31,433 nucleotides of DNA from a virus (Duplodnaviria > Caudoviricetes): IMG/VR virus record IMGVR_UViG_3300022666_000341, positions 1-31,433 of that record. One strand, given 5' to 3'. A program made the position numbers and the translations under genes. Positions 8,434 to 18,241 of the stretch are shown here, in pieces. The notes under the pieces are model-generated. The model was given only the letters and a program-made list of their open reading frames with translations, did not search any database and was not told where the DNA came from. How positions within the stretch are numbered: position 1 is the stretch's first letter; each line of letters starts with the position of its first letter.

Positions 8434-10815
8434 GTGTTCAAAGTAACTTGGGACAAAAGTAATAATGGAGTGATCCTCAGTGATGGAATCCCTGAAAATG
8501 AGGCGATACAACCACCTAGACCAGTGTTTTTTGAGGAATTAGATTTACTCGGTTTCGATAAGCATTGGATATACCCGAAAAGCCTAGAACCGTTATTGTG
8601 GGCGGTAGGAAGATCATATTTTTACATGGGGGTTGAAGTTGCTCAATTGAAGGGAGGTGATATATATACTTTACCTGTACCTGAGGTTTTCTATCCCACT
8701 ATTGAAGAGCCAAATAACAAATTATTGCCTATTGATATTGACAAATTAGTATCCATAAATTCAAAATCACTTAGAAGCCTAGAAAATCAATCAATAGATT
8801 TTATACAGCGTACCTACAAGCAATTTTATAATGAGATAGACATCATTGCAGTATCATACAGTGGCGGAAAGGACTCCCAAGTAGTATTGGATTTAGCAGT
8901 AAAAACACTCTCAATTAGGGATTTTCGAATCATTTTTACTGACACAACAATGGAATATCCATTTACTTATGAGAATATCATCGAGACTCAAGAGTTTTAT
9001 AAGCGCAACCATCCTGAATTCGTTATTCACACAGCACATCCATACCGAGACTCTATCGATGATTGGAAGTTGTTCGGCCCACCAAGTAGGATTCACAGAT
9101 GGTGCTGTTCAGTTGATAAAACTGCACCCTTTTCAAGGCTGTTAAATAGCTTTGTAAATCAATCTGGTAAGAAGACACCAAGATCGTTAGTGTTTGTAGG
9201 AGTTAGAAAGGACGAGAGTGCTAATCGAGCTAAATACTCGAGAATTGCACGAGGTGTCAAACACGTTAATCAGATTAATGCTGGTGTCATTCATGATTGG
9301 AATACAACCGAGGTTTTTCTTTATATTCTTCAGAATAGGCTCCCTCTAAATATAGGATATCGAAAGGGATTGAGCAGGGTAGGATGTATGGTATGCCCAT
9401 TCAACACATCTTGGTCAGAAGCTTTAAGCGGTCATTTAAAGATACCAAAATATAGCCAGTATCTTAGCATCATAGAAGATCACGTCAGGCTTCTAGGCAT
9501 TCAAGATGAGTCCAAACTCAAAAAGTACATTTCCGAACAGCAATGGATGAAAAGAGGTGGCGGTGAGGGTGTTGATCAAAAGGGAACAAGTGTTACTTAT
9601 ACAGAGATAGACAATAATCTAATTGTGTTAATACAGAGGTCGAGAGAGAGTATTCTGGAATATATGAAGATTTTGGGCGAATTGCACAGCGTGAAAGTTG
9701 ATGGTGTAATTAGGGGCGAAGTATTATTCAGGGGATTTTCAATCCAGTTTTCATATTACGATATGAATGAATCTGTTAAAGTTGAGTTCTCCAATATTAA
9801 TCACTTGAATGATGTAAAAAGAGCTATCAAAAAAGTAATGCAAAAGGCTGCCTATTGCTCAAATTGTGGTGTATGCGAACTAGAATGTCCGCATGGTGCT
9901 CTTATCACAAATCCAAAAGTTCAAGTTTTACAGTACTGTAAGCATTGTTTAGAATGTCTGGAAGTAAGCAATAAGGGGTGTTTAATAGCTGACTCACTGT
10001 CTATATCCACGGGAGGAAAGAAGATGTCTAAAGAGCTTGATGGATTCGGTAAGTATCAAGATTTCGGAATGAGAGAGTTTTGGTTATCCTCATTCTTGCA
10101 TAATTCCGACTACTATTTTACTGAAGCTAATGGAATGGGACCCAATCAGATTCTGAGTTTTAAAGCATGGTTGCGAGATTGTGAATTGATGAAAGACAAC
10201 CATGTTACTGAGTTAACAAAAATCTTTGTCCAGCATTATAGTGCCCGGTTTGACATAATAATGCAGATTTGTTTGATAAACTTGTCATACAACTCACCCG
10301 TCTTTTTGTGGGCTATGAATAATTTGGCTTGGGGAAGCCAGCATAGCGTCAAAGAAATTATCGACAAAATTACTACTCAATACGAGGTTAGCTTAACTCG
10401 AAAAATTGATAGTGGTGTGAAGTCACTGTTCAACACTATTGAGTGTTTCGACGTAGCCAAAGAAATCGGTTTTTTGCATATCGAAGGAAACAAGAACAAT
10501 CGGACTTTGGTTAAAACTGGTAGCGAAAGCATTCATCCTATAGCATTTCTGTATTGTTTGTATAGACTTCGTGAGGTCACGAATAAGTCCGCTTTTACCG
10601 TTAATGAGCTTTTTGACAACAATGAGTGGGTAACACCCAATAAAGTTTTTGGCATATCGCGTGTATCGTTCATTAGTATGCTGAAATCATTACATAACAC
10701 CCTTCATCATCTTGTAAGGGTGGAAATAGTGGCCGACCTTGATAATGTTTTTATTCGTGAAGGTTCCAGTTCTATCAACTTATTGACTGACATGCAAGTA
10801 CTTGAATTATTATAG
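8434..10815 (+). CDS. brxP: BrxP-like protein: PAPS reductase/PP-loop domain + 4Fe-4S ferredoxin + C-terminal DUF4007-like winged-helix region (793 aa)
   Basis: AAGGAG at 8420-8425 then GTG 8434. PP-loop SYSGGKDS, RWCCSVDK, GVRKDESANR and SRVGCMVCP; ferredoxin motif CSNCGVCELECP...CKHCLEC; C-terminal YQDFGMREFWL...GMGPNQ...KAWL. Confidence 0.85.
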   Translation: MFKVTWDKSNNGVILSDGIPENEAIQPPRPVFFEELDLLGFDKHWIYPKSLEPLLWAVGRSYFYMGVEVAQLKGGDIYTLPVPEVFYPTIEEPNNKLLPIDIDKLVSINSKSLRSLENQSIDFIQRTYKQFYNEIDIIAVSYSGGKDSQVVLDLAVKTLSIRDFRIIFTDTTMEYPFTYENIIETQEFYKRNHPEFVIHTAHPYRDSIDDWKLFGPPSRIHRWCCSVDKTAPFSRLLNSFVNQSGKKTPRSLVFVGVRKDESANRAKYSRIARGVKHVNQINAGVIHDWNTTEVFLYILQNRLPLNIGYRKGLSRVGCMVCPFNTSWSEALSGHLKIPKYSQYLSIIEDHVRLLGIQDESKLKKYISEQQWMKRGGGEGVDQKGTSVTYTEIDNNLIVLIQRSRESILEYMKILGELHSVKVDGVIRGEVLFRGFSIQFSYYDMNESVKVEFSNINHLNDVKRAIKKVMQKAAYCSNCGVCELECPHGALITNPKVQVLQYCKHCLECLEVSNKGCLIADSLSISTGGKKMSKELDGFGKYQDFGMREFWLSSFLHNSDYYFTEANGMGPNQILSFKAWLRDCELMKDNHVTELTKIFVQHYSARFDIIMQICLINLSYNSPVFLWAMNNLAWGSQHSVKEIIDKITTQYEVSLTRKIDSGVKSLFNTIECFDVAKEIGFLHIEGNKNNRTLVKTGSESIHPIAFLYCLYRLREVTNKSAFTVNELFDNNEWVTPNKVFGISRVSFISMLKSLHNTLHHLVRVEIVADLDNVFIREGSSSINLLTDMQVLELL

Positions 10816-10833
10816 AGAGGGGTTAATCGCATC

Positions 10834-13800
10834 ATGTTGATATCAGATTTAGTGTCCTTACAGAAGTCGTTTGTTCCAGCAGTAGATTTAGAAAATGAGC
10901 AAGAATCCTATTGGGAAAGATTCATCCCAATCGACAGTTTTAACATAATCCTTAAGGCACTCATCAAATCAATTCAAAGCAAGGATATTCATGAGAGACA
11001 GTCGATTTGGGTTCAAGGTAGATATGGTACAGGGAAATCGCATGCTGCCATAACTATTAAACACTTGCTATCTGACAATCAGGATAAGACTTTGAATTAC
11101 TGTGCGAATGTCATAGATGACAACGAACTCAGGGCCTTGTTAAAAACAATGCGTAGTAAACACAGAATCCTACCAGTATTATTAAAGGGCACAACTAACA
11201 TATTTGATCTAAGATCATTTAATCTGGCTATTGAAAAAGCCGTAGTCAAGGCACTAACAGACAATAATTTAGTATTATCTACGAAAAGTGATTTTGCAAA
11301 GCATATTGACTATTTAAATTCGATGCAACCTAGCAATGGCTGGGATAGTTTTATTCGGGATAACATCAACTTATCTCAGTATGTTGCGAACCAGAAAGAT
11401 TTGATCCTGAAACTACAACAGGAAGATGTACAAGTTTTACGAGCCCTGGAGAATGCTCTATCATCAATTCAAGTTATGATATCTCATACGAGTATTTCTC
11501 AGTGGTTAAAGGAAGTAGTTAACGAGGTAAGGAAAACCACTGAATACACAGAAATTCTAATATTTTGGGACGAGGCAACACATCTGCTCGAATTAGTAAA
11601 CAGCGATCATTACGTAAAAGAGCTTCAAGGCATTGCGGATTTAGCTGCAAGTAATGGAATTTATCTGTATATGATTAGCCACCGAAACATCGAACAACTC
11701 AGGTCAAACATCTCAAACGACGTGCTTCAGACAGTTATGGGAAGGTTTAAGCAATTAAATTATGAGATGTCACCAATTACGACATATCAAATTATGAATG
11801 CATCTATTTGTAAAAATCGTACACCAGAGTATGTAGCCATAACAAGCTCTTTTAAAGAAAACCATGAAAATCTAGTCAGGGTTATTTCCGATCACAGTCT
11901 CGACATAAAAGCGTCCGATCAACTAACGGGTTTATGGCCATTTCATCCGTATACTGTTTTCCTCTGTTCATACATTGTGGAAAATATTGGATCTACTGAA
12001 AGGAGTGTTTTCAAGTATCTGTATGATGATAACAAAGGCTTCAAAGGCTTTATAGAAGGCCAGGAAGCTACCAGCGATTCTGTTATTACTGCCGATCACT
12101 TATGGGAGTATTTCATAGATGATTTTCTCAATAATGAATCCAGCAACTATTTAACAGTATTAACTCAGTGGGATCTCCATAAAGATTCTGTTACAAAGGC
12201 TGGGAATGAATATCTGAAAGTGTTTGAAGGCATACTATTGCTAAATGCTTTACATCGATCATCTCTATACATTCATCAGGATAAGAGTTTAACAGCGCCA
12301 AATCTTAAAAACATACTGCTGATGTTCAGTAAAACCAATTTGGAGATTGCTGTTGATATTGTGATTGAATATCTGGATAAAAATCAGATCATATACAAGA
12401 ACCCCAATGGTTTGTTATTGATTTCGAATATGAGTATTTCACCGTCTGAGCTTGAGGGATATAAAGTTCAAATGGAAGACCATTACAAAAAGAACGATAG
12501 TGTTGTACTTTCAATTTTAGACACGAAGCTTCAAAGAATAACAACACTAATAAACGAGCCTACTTATAGGCCGGTAGAAGTTTTATATTTAGATGCAAAA
12601 TACACCCTTAACCATGCCAGAAGTAAGGTTTTAGGTAAAAGTGCTTTTTCTGCGATGCATAGCATCCACTTGGTGTTCATAATTTCGCAAAGTGCTTCGC
12701 ATGTGCAGTCTGCGGAGAAAATAATCGAGGCGATGCTGGAGGAAGAAAGCTCACAAAATATTGTTTTTGTCGTTCTTGATAAGTTGTTTGACGACAAATC
12801 CACAGATAAATATATAGAAATTAGAGCTAGAGAGGAAGCTGCAAGAGTCCATAACTACAAAGATGATCAAGCTGCTTATAAGCGGAATGCTGATGATATA
12901 GTGGATAAGTGGATTCAAGAAGTTAGAAATAGCTATTTGAACATTTTTTATGTTGTGCCGGGCCAGGGTCTAACTAATTACCAAGTTCTATTATCTGCAT
13001 TCGGACTGTCAATTAACACGAGAATCGCTCCCATAATTTTTTACAAGGGATTCGATACTCTTGCAGATAAAACCACAAAATCAATCTGGGAAACGAAAAG
13101 AGCAAAGCAAGCTGCAGCTAATTTCCTTGCCTCTCCAACCCTAAGCGATGTAGTTGAAAAGTGCTCTGGCTCTTATGGGACTCTAAAAACCATAGTACAA
13201 GCAAAAAATGATCAATACATAGTCGATGAAAACTTGAACTTACTGAAAAGTTTTGGACAACACCCAACCAGTTTTGTTAGCGTAGGTATCGATGATAAAT
13301 TATCTACCTTACAAGGGGTGACTTCATTTGAACTTGCCGAGCTTATAAGTTTTTTGAGAGAGCCTCCTTATGGATACTATGGCAATACAATTACATACGC
13401 ACTTCTTGGATTCATTCTTCGAAAGTATGCTGGAGTATTTTATGAAGTTGGCAAAGGTGTACCAATCGACTCAGCGAGGATGTTAGAGTTGATTGAAAAG
13501 ATATTCAAATATTGGGAAGCTGGAAGTCCTCAAGTCTACAGTTTTCCCATTAGATTAGGGTCTCCTGAGGAAAACAAGCTCTGCTCTCTATTAGTAGATA
13601 TTTTTGGAATTGAAGCAGTAAAAGGCATTCAAAACACGAGGTGGAAGATTAGGGAATGGATAAACATAATTGGCTATCCAATCTGGGTATACAAAACATG
13701 TAACTCCCTCATAGAAAAGACCATCGATAAACTAGCTGAATTCGTACAAAGCACTGATGTTGATTTAACCAACGCGGATATTGTTACGTTGCTGAATGAA

Positions 13801-14265
13801 CTTGATGCATTGTCATTTGAGATTAAAGAAGCTTTGCAGCAAGATGCCGCAGCACTTTTCCACAAATGGATCAATTCGATAAATCCAAATTACTCCAAAT
13901 CAGAAGTTGCATTAGTGTGGAATTATGTGAAGCAGAAAATGCCTGAGAATGTTGATGTGTATGGATGGAATGAAGATAAGGTAAAAATAGCAGTTTTAGA
14001 GTATTCCCTGGATGCCGAAATCAAGTTGGGGGCTAACGAAGGGCAAGATAACGGGGATAAAAATGGTGGAAATGGAAACACAACCGAAACTAATCCTGGG
14101 GATGACTCTACCCGATTCAGCGATTCTGTTAGTAAGGTGCAAAAAGAAAAAGCAATCAAAATTGTACAGGATAACCAGAGTGACTATCTTGAGATTATGA
14201 TAGCTATGTTTGAATTATTCCCAGGTTCTGTATCCTACATTATCGAAAGATACCTGGAGCATTGA
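10834..14265 (+). CDS. brxC: BrxC/PglY-like large P-loop ATPase (1143 aa)
   Basis: Walker A GRYGTGKS, Walker B ILIFWDE, VMGRF, WPFHPYT and GSTERSVFKYL; lies between brxP and pglZ. Confidence 0.85.
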   Translation: MLISDLVSLQKSFVPAVDLENEQESYWERFIPIDSFNIILKALIKSIQSKDIHERQSIWVQGRYGTGKSHAAITIKHLLSDNQDKTLNYCANVIDDNELRALLKTMRSKHRILPVLLKGTTNIFDLRSFNLAIEKAVVKALTDNNLVLSTKSDFAKHIDYLNSMQPSNGWDSFIRDNINLSQYVANQKDLILKLQQEDVQVLRALENALSSIQVMISHTSISQWLKEVVNEVRKTTEYTEILIFWDEATHLLELVNSDHYVKELQGIADLAASNGIYLYMISHRNIEQLRSNISNDVLQTVMGRFKQLNYEMSPITTYQIMNASICKNRTPEYVAITSSFKENHENLVRVISDHSLDIKASDQLTGLWPFHPYTVFLCSYIVENIGSTERSVFKYLYDDNKGFKGFIEGQEATSDSVITADHLWEYFIDDFLNNESSNYLTVLTQWDLHKDSVTKAGNEYLKVFEGILLLNALHRSSLYIHQDKSLTAPNLKNILLMFSKTNLEIAVDIVIEYLDKNQIIYKNPNGLLLISNMSISPSELEGYKVQMEDHYKKNDSVVLSILDTKLQRITTLINEPTYRPVEVLYLDAKYTLNHARSKVLGKSAFSAMHSIHLVFIISQSASHVQSAEKIIEAMLEEESSQNIVFVVLDKLFDDKSTDKYIEIRAREEAARVHNYKDDQAAYKRNADDIVDKWIQEVRNSYLNIFYVVPGQGLTNYQVLLSAFGLSINTRIAPIIFYKGFDTLADKTTKSIWETKRAKQAAANFLASPTLSDVVEKCSGSYGTLKTIVQAKNDQYIVDENLNLLKSFGQHPTSFVSVGIDDKLSTLQGVTSFELAELISFLREPPYGYYGNTITYALLGFILRKYAGVFYEVGKGVPIDSARMLELIEKIFKYWEAGSPQVYSFPIRLGSPEENKLCSLLVDIFGIEAVKGIQNTRWKIREWINIIGYPIWVYKTCNSLIEKTIDKLAEFVQSTDVDLTNADIVTLLNELDALSFEIKEALQQDAAALFHKWINSINPNYSKSEVALVWNYVKQKMPENVDVYGWNEDKVKIAVLEYSLDAEIKLGANEGQDNGDKNGGNGNTTETNPGDDSTRFSDSVSKVQKEKAIKIVQDNQSDYLEIMIAMFELFPGSVSYIIERYLEH

Positions 14266-14267
14266 TT

Positions 14268-16667
14268 ATGTACAGAGTGCAAGAATTCAATGACATTAGC
14301 AAGTTGATCGCTGCGTTGAATGATGATATGAACAATACAACATCAGCTACCTTGAATAGATTTCCAATTCGTTTTATCCTTGTGCCCACCTTTAATGAAC
14401 TGAGACTACTAGTTAATCACTTTATCAAAAACAAGACTCCTCTTGTCAAAATTGATGCCCTACTTCCACACGCTGATGGATGGCCTTCAGTAGACCTGAT
14501 AATTAACACTGTTAAGCAGATTAATCAAACTACTGCTCTTATTCCCCTTTCCGAAGTCTTAAGATTTTCAAAGAAAGACGAATTCAATAATGTTCTTAAT
14601 AGCTTAGCACAACAAATGTCAATGGCATCATACAGAATATTCATTCCTATTGTTGGTCTTTCTCAAAGATTTAAGTCTCAGTTTTATAATTCATTTAGTA
14701 GAAAAGCAAACTGGCCAGATGTTTATCATCTTTGCGGATCAACCGACGAACACATTGTCGTAAAGCATCTACCCATTCATATGTTTCCCCAAAATAAAGA
14801 TCTCATCGTTAATAAAACCATAGTATCATCTTCATCAGATTGGTTCAAGCTATGGAGTAAGCCTATAACGAATACTGTGTATTGTACCTCAGCACTTCTT
14901 TTTCATAAGTCTATAGAATTTCAACCAGATGAATATATAGACAAACGTGATATCGTGTCTTATTCTGATGTATTGAGGGAAATTTACGATATTGAGTTAG
15001 CTATGGTATTCAAGGATGAAGACTCAGAATTTGCGGAAAATATGATAAAGTACATTAACAACAAAGGATTATGCAGTATTACAGAAGAGGCATTGTACAG
15101 CATAATTCTAAATGTCCATGATGTCTCAGAATTAGATGATGAAAAAATAGTCTCATTACTTGTCAGCAATGACTCTGAGAATGGGAAACTAAAAACTTGG
15201 CTAGTGTCGAAGCTAGTGACTGACGATTATATTATCGTCGGGCAGTACCTTAAGAGTGTGCTTTCAAAAAGTACGGGTGGATTCCATTTGCTCGATTTCT
15301 TGAATGAGCTTTGGTTTAGTATTTTTACATGGGATATCCCAAGAACTCCTGATCTATATGACCGCAGAAAGATAATTGACTTTATTTACAGACATTTTGC
15401 AACGATCACGCTTCCTGATGAAGAAAAACTACAGAAAAAGCTGGAAGCCATTTTAGTCACACAGATGCCCTTTCAAACGAAATTATTATGTTTCACAGCT
15501 GTAACTAATGCCGAAAAAGAAGTATTGGTCAGTGTTTATTCAAAGACTACAACCCATGATGAACCAATATTCTGGGATACGATTCAACCCATATACCCTG
15601 AGTTTTATTCTTATGCAAAATGGGATGTAGCAATCCATAAAGAGGATTGGATTACAAATTACTTTAAGGAGTATGTTCAGAGCAAAGCCAGAAATGAGAA
15701 GAGTGGGGTATTATCTGAGATTCTCAGTGATGTGTCTAAAGACCATGAATCATTCTGGACCTGGTATCATGAGCTATTTTCAAGAAGACCTGATATATCT
15801 GAAAGCCAAATTGTTTGGGTTGATGGATTAGGAATCGAATGGTTACCCGTTTTGTTGAAAGCACTTTTCGTAGTAGCGCAAAGTTCTGGTTATAGTATTG
15901 ACGAAGTGGTTATCTCGAGCTGCAAATTACCAAGCACAACTCAATATAACAGATATGATTCCGCAGTCAAAATCAATCTTTTAGATCAATACATCCACAA
16001 TCAGTGTCCATATAAGCATCCAAATGACTTAGTTAGAGAGATTGATCTAGTCAAGAGTATTGCGACAAAAATATTTAGCATTGGGAAAGATGATGAGTTT
16101 TGGATTGTGTCGGATCATGGTTTTACATTCCTATCACAAAAAAAATATGGCATAGAAAAGAAATATAATATTCAAAATGCCGAACACGATGGGCGTTATT
16201 TCTTTTCTAATAGTGCATATGCGGAAGACCATGAATTGTTGTCTGTGACGGACTCAAATGGAAGCAACATTGTTATGTCATTAACTCATAATTCTTTGTT
16301 TAATGTGCCTTATCGTGAAGTACATGGTGGATGTACACCGGAAGAAGTAATGATCCCTTTCATAAAAATCAAAAAGCAAGTTCCTGTGGGGCAATTTGTT
16401 GTGAAGCTATTATCCGCAGAGATTAATGTAAAGAAGCCTATTGTTAGCTTCGAAATATGTCCATCTCCCAATATTGTGTCACTAAAACTTGAGCTTACTT
16501 CAAAATGTGTAAGTATTCCTATGTATTATGATGGAGGTTTATGGCATGCAAATATTAGTAGCCACTTTAAGCCAGGTGATTACATGATTAAACTAGAAGT
16601 AGATACTGTTATTCATGAATATTCAGTTAAGTTAATAGGCGGAATGAAAGAGAGAGATTTAATATGA
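14268..16667 (+). CDS. pglZ: PglZ/BrxZ alkaline-phosphatase-fold protein (799 aa)
   Basis: GGAG at 14256-14259 before ATG 14268; metal-binding motifs VWVDGLG, LPSTT, IVSDHG and VHGG. Confidence 0.9.
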   Translation: MYRVQEFNDISKLIAALNDDMNNTTSATLNRFPIRFILVPTFNELRLLVNHFIKNKTPLVKIDALLPHADGWPSVDLIINTVKQINQTTALIPLSEVLRFSKKDEFNNVLNSLAQQMSMASYRIFIPIVGLSQRFKSQFYNSFSRKANWPDVYHLCGSTDEHIVVKHLPIHMFPQNKDLIVNKTIVSSSSDWFKLWSKPITNTVYCTSALLFHKSIEFQPDEYIDKRDIVSYSDVLREIYDIELAMVFKDEDSEFAENMIKYINNKGLCSITEEALYSIILNVHDVSELDDEKIVSLLVSNDSENGKLKTWLVSKLVTDDYIIVGQYLKSVLSKSTGGFHLLDFLNELWFSIFTWDIPRTPDLYDRRKIIDFIYRHFATITLPDEEKLQKKLEAILVTQMPFQTKLLCFTAVTNAEKEVLVSVYSKTTTHDEPIFWDTIQPIYPEFYSYAKWDVAIHKEDWITNYFKEYVQSKARNEKSGVLSEILSDVSKDHESFWTWYHELFSRRPDISESQIVWVDGLGIEWLPVLLKALFVVAQSSGYSIDEVVISSCKLPSTTQYNRYDSAVKINLLDQYIHNQCPYKHPNDLVREIDLVKSIATKIFSIGKDDEFWIVSDHGFTFLSQKKYGIEKKYNIQNAEHDGRYFFSNSAYAEDHELLSVTDSNGSNIVMSLTHNSLFNVPYREVHGGCTPEEVMIPFIKIKKQVPVGQFVVKLLSAEINVKKPIVSFEICPSPNIVSLKLELTSKCVSIPMYYDGGLWHANISSHFKPGDYMIKLEVDTVIHEYSVKLIGGMKERDLI

Positions 16668-18112
16668 ACCAGATTCTCGACAGTAAAATCAGATCAGCAT
16701 TCCCTGCTGAATCTGTGTATAAAACTCCTGATAGATATAGTGTTTTTTCCGGAAAGATACTACCTTCGTTCATAAAAGACTGGTTAATTGCAAAGTACTC
16801 TGATAGTTATGGGAATCTTGACACTCATGCAATCAGCGATTTTTTAAAAGAACATATTCCCAACAAAAACAGCAATATCAAAAGCAGGTTGCGAGTTAAC
16901 AAAGAAGAATTAGTTATATTGTCCAGACTCTTAATAGAGACGGATATAAAGAACAATTTGCTAAGATTCGCTATACCTGATCTTGGGATAAAAATCACTG
17001 AAGGATTAATTCCAGACTATATAGCAAAGAAGCATGTAGAATTGAAGGATGGTGAAGTTTGGGGAGTTATAACGATTATATACAAACCACCAATCGACAA
17101 AGTTCCGGGACATATTGAATTGATTGACTTTAAGGCTTTCAATCCTTATGATGTTGATGTGGACTATTACAAAGAAGCTCGCAAAGAATTTTCGGTAGGA
17201 GATTGGGTTGATCTGTTAATTAGGTCAATGGAATATAATCCAGATTATCAAAACTCAGACAATCCGTCGCAGAGCTTCACCTTATCAAGGAAATTACTCT
17301 TCTTGAGTAGGTTGATTATTCATGTCGAACCCAATGTAAACATGATTGAGCTTGCCCCCAAAGGTACGGGTAAGTCATACGTTTTTGGAAATTTAAGCAA
17401 GTATGGGTGGCTTGTTAGTGGGGGGGTCGTCTCACGAGCCAAGCTCTTATATGACATGCAAAGAAAAACACCAGGATTGTTGAAGTTGTATGATTTTGTT
17501 GCACTTGATGAGATTGAAACAATTAAGTTTACTGATGAGAATGAGATTCAGGGTGCGTTAAAAAACTACTTAGAGTCTGGAACATATACTGTTGCCGATT
17601 ATAGAGGTGTATCCAATTCTGGATTAATGTTGTTAGGTAATATTCAACTAAACGAGTTTTATAGACCTGTCAATAGTTCCTATTTTTCTGGATTGCCTAC
17701 AATATTTAAATCATCTGCTCTATTAGACAGATTCCATGGTTTCATTGAAGGGTGGGAACTAGTTAGAATTACTGAGGATATTAAAGTCAAGGGTCAAACT
17801 CTTAATGTGGAGTATTTTTCTGAGATTCTCCATAAACTCCGCGAGATCGGTGATTATGCTATGATTGTGAATGATATGCTTGAAATCCCAAAGAATGCCG
17901 ACACAAGGGACGTGAAAGCTGTTATAAAGCTTACGACTGCTTACCTTAAGTTACTATTCCCTCATGTTCAAACTAAGGACGATCTGACAAAAGAGGACTT
18001 CCAAAAATACTGTCTTGCCCCAGCAATCTATAAAAGATCAATTATTAGAAAGCAGCTATCCATAATGGACCCAGAATACAAGGAGCAGATGCCCATAATA
18101 ACTATTAAATAG
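16664..18112 (+). CDS. brxL: BrxL-like MCM-type AAA+ ATPase without C-terminal Lon protease domain (482 aa)
   Basis: WVDLLIRSMEYNP, ELAPKGTGKSY, VALDEI, SALLDRFHGFIEGW and TRDVKAV; the protein ends shortly after the AAA+ lid. ATGA overlap with pglZ. Confidence 0.88.
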   Translation: MNQILDSKIRSAFPAESVYKTPDRYSVFSGKILPSFIKDWLIAKYSDSYGNLDTHAISDFLKEHIPNKNSNIKSRLRVNKEELVILSRLLIETDIKNNLLRFAIPDLGIKITEGLIPDYIAKKHVELKDGEVWGVITIIYKPPIDKVPGHIELIDFKAFNPYDVDVDYYKEARKEFSVGDWVDLLIRSMEYNPDYQNSDNPSQSFTLSRKLLFLSRLIIHVEPNVNMIELAPKGTGKSYVFGNLSKYGWLVSGGVVSRAKLLYDMQRKTPGLLKLYDFVALDEIETIKFTDENEIQGALKNYLESGTYTVADYRGVSNSGLMLLGNIQLNEFYRPVNSSYFSGLPTIFKSSALLDRFHGFIEGWELVRITEDIKVKGQTLNVEYFSEILHKLREIGDYAMIVNDMLEIPKNADTRDVKAVIKLTTAYLKLLFPHVQTKDDLTKEDFQKYCLAPAIYKRSIIRKQLSIMDPEYKEQMPIITIK

Positions 18113-18135
18113 ATGATTTCCAAGTAAATCCCTTT

Positions 18136-18187
18136 AAGGACAGTCATTGTGTGTTTTTCACAATAAGCAATGACTGTCCTTTTTTTT
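18136..18187 (+). terminator. Rho-independent terminator of the BREX-like operon
   Basis: AAGGACAGTCATTG (18136-18149) pairs with CAATGACTGTCCTT (18168-18181); T8 run at 18180-18187. Confidence 0.85.
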
Positions 18188-18205
18188 CTATTCTACTTTT
18201 CTGTC

Positions 18206-18241
18206 GCATCCTTATGCATCCGTATTTGTGTTAATACAGGG
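18206..18241 (+). promoter_or_regulatory. Putative late promoter/activator site, copy 2
   Basis: GCATCC direct repeat (GCATCCTTATGCATCC); similar to 5076-5111; lies between the terminator and the first late gene. Confidence 0.45.

Larger units (their letters stand above)
8370..18187 (+). other. AT-rich cargo island (moron) encoding a BREX type 4-like system
   Basis: Abrupt GC drop after the gpF stop (spot checks: 19/60 GC at 8761-8820 versus 32/60 at 1741-1800); four tightly linked genes; closed by its own terminator. Confidence 0.88.

Noticed and set aside
8434-10815. PAPS reductase as a sulfate-assimilation (cysH) auxiliary metabolic gene
   Set aside because: It is fused to ferredoxin and DUF4007-like domains and sits in an operon with brxC, pglZ and brxL, which indicates DNA modification/defence rather than metabolism.
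14030-14110. Gly/Asn-rich low-complexity stretch in BrxC
   Set aside because: It is an in-frame flexible linker before a short C-terminal domain, with no DNA-level tandem repeat.
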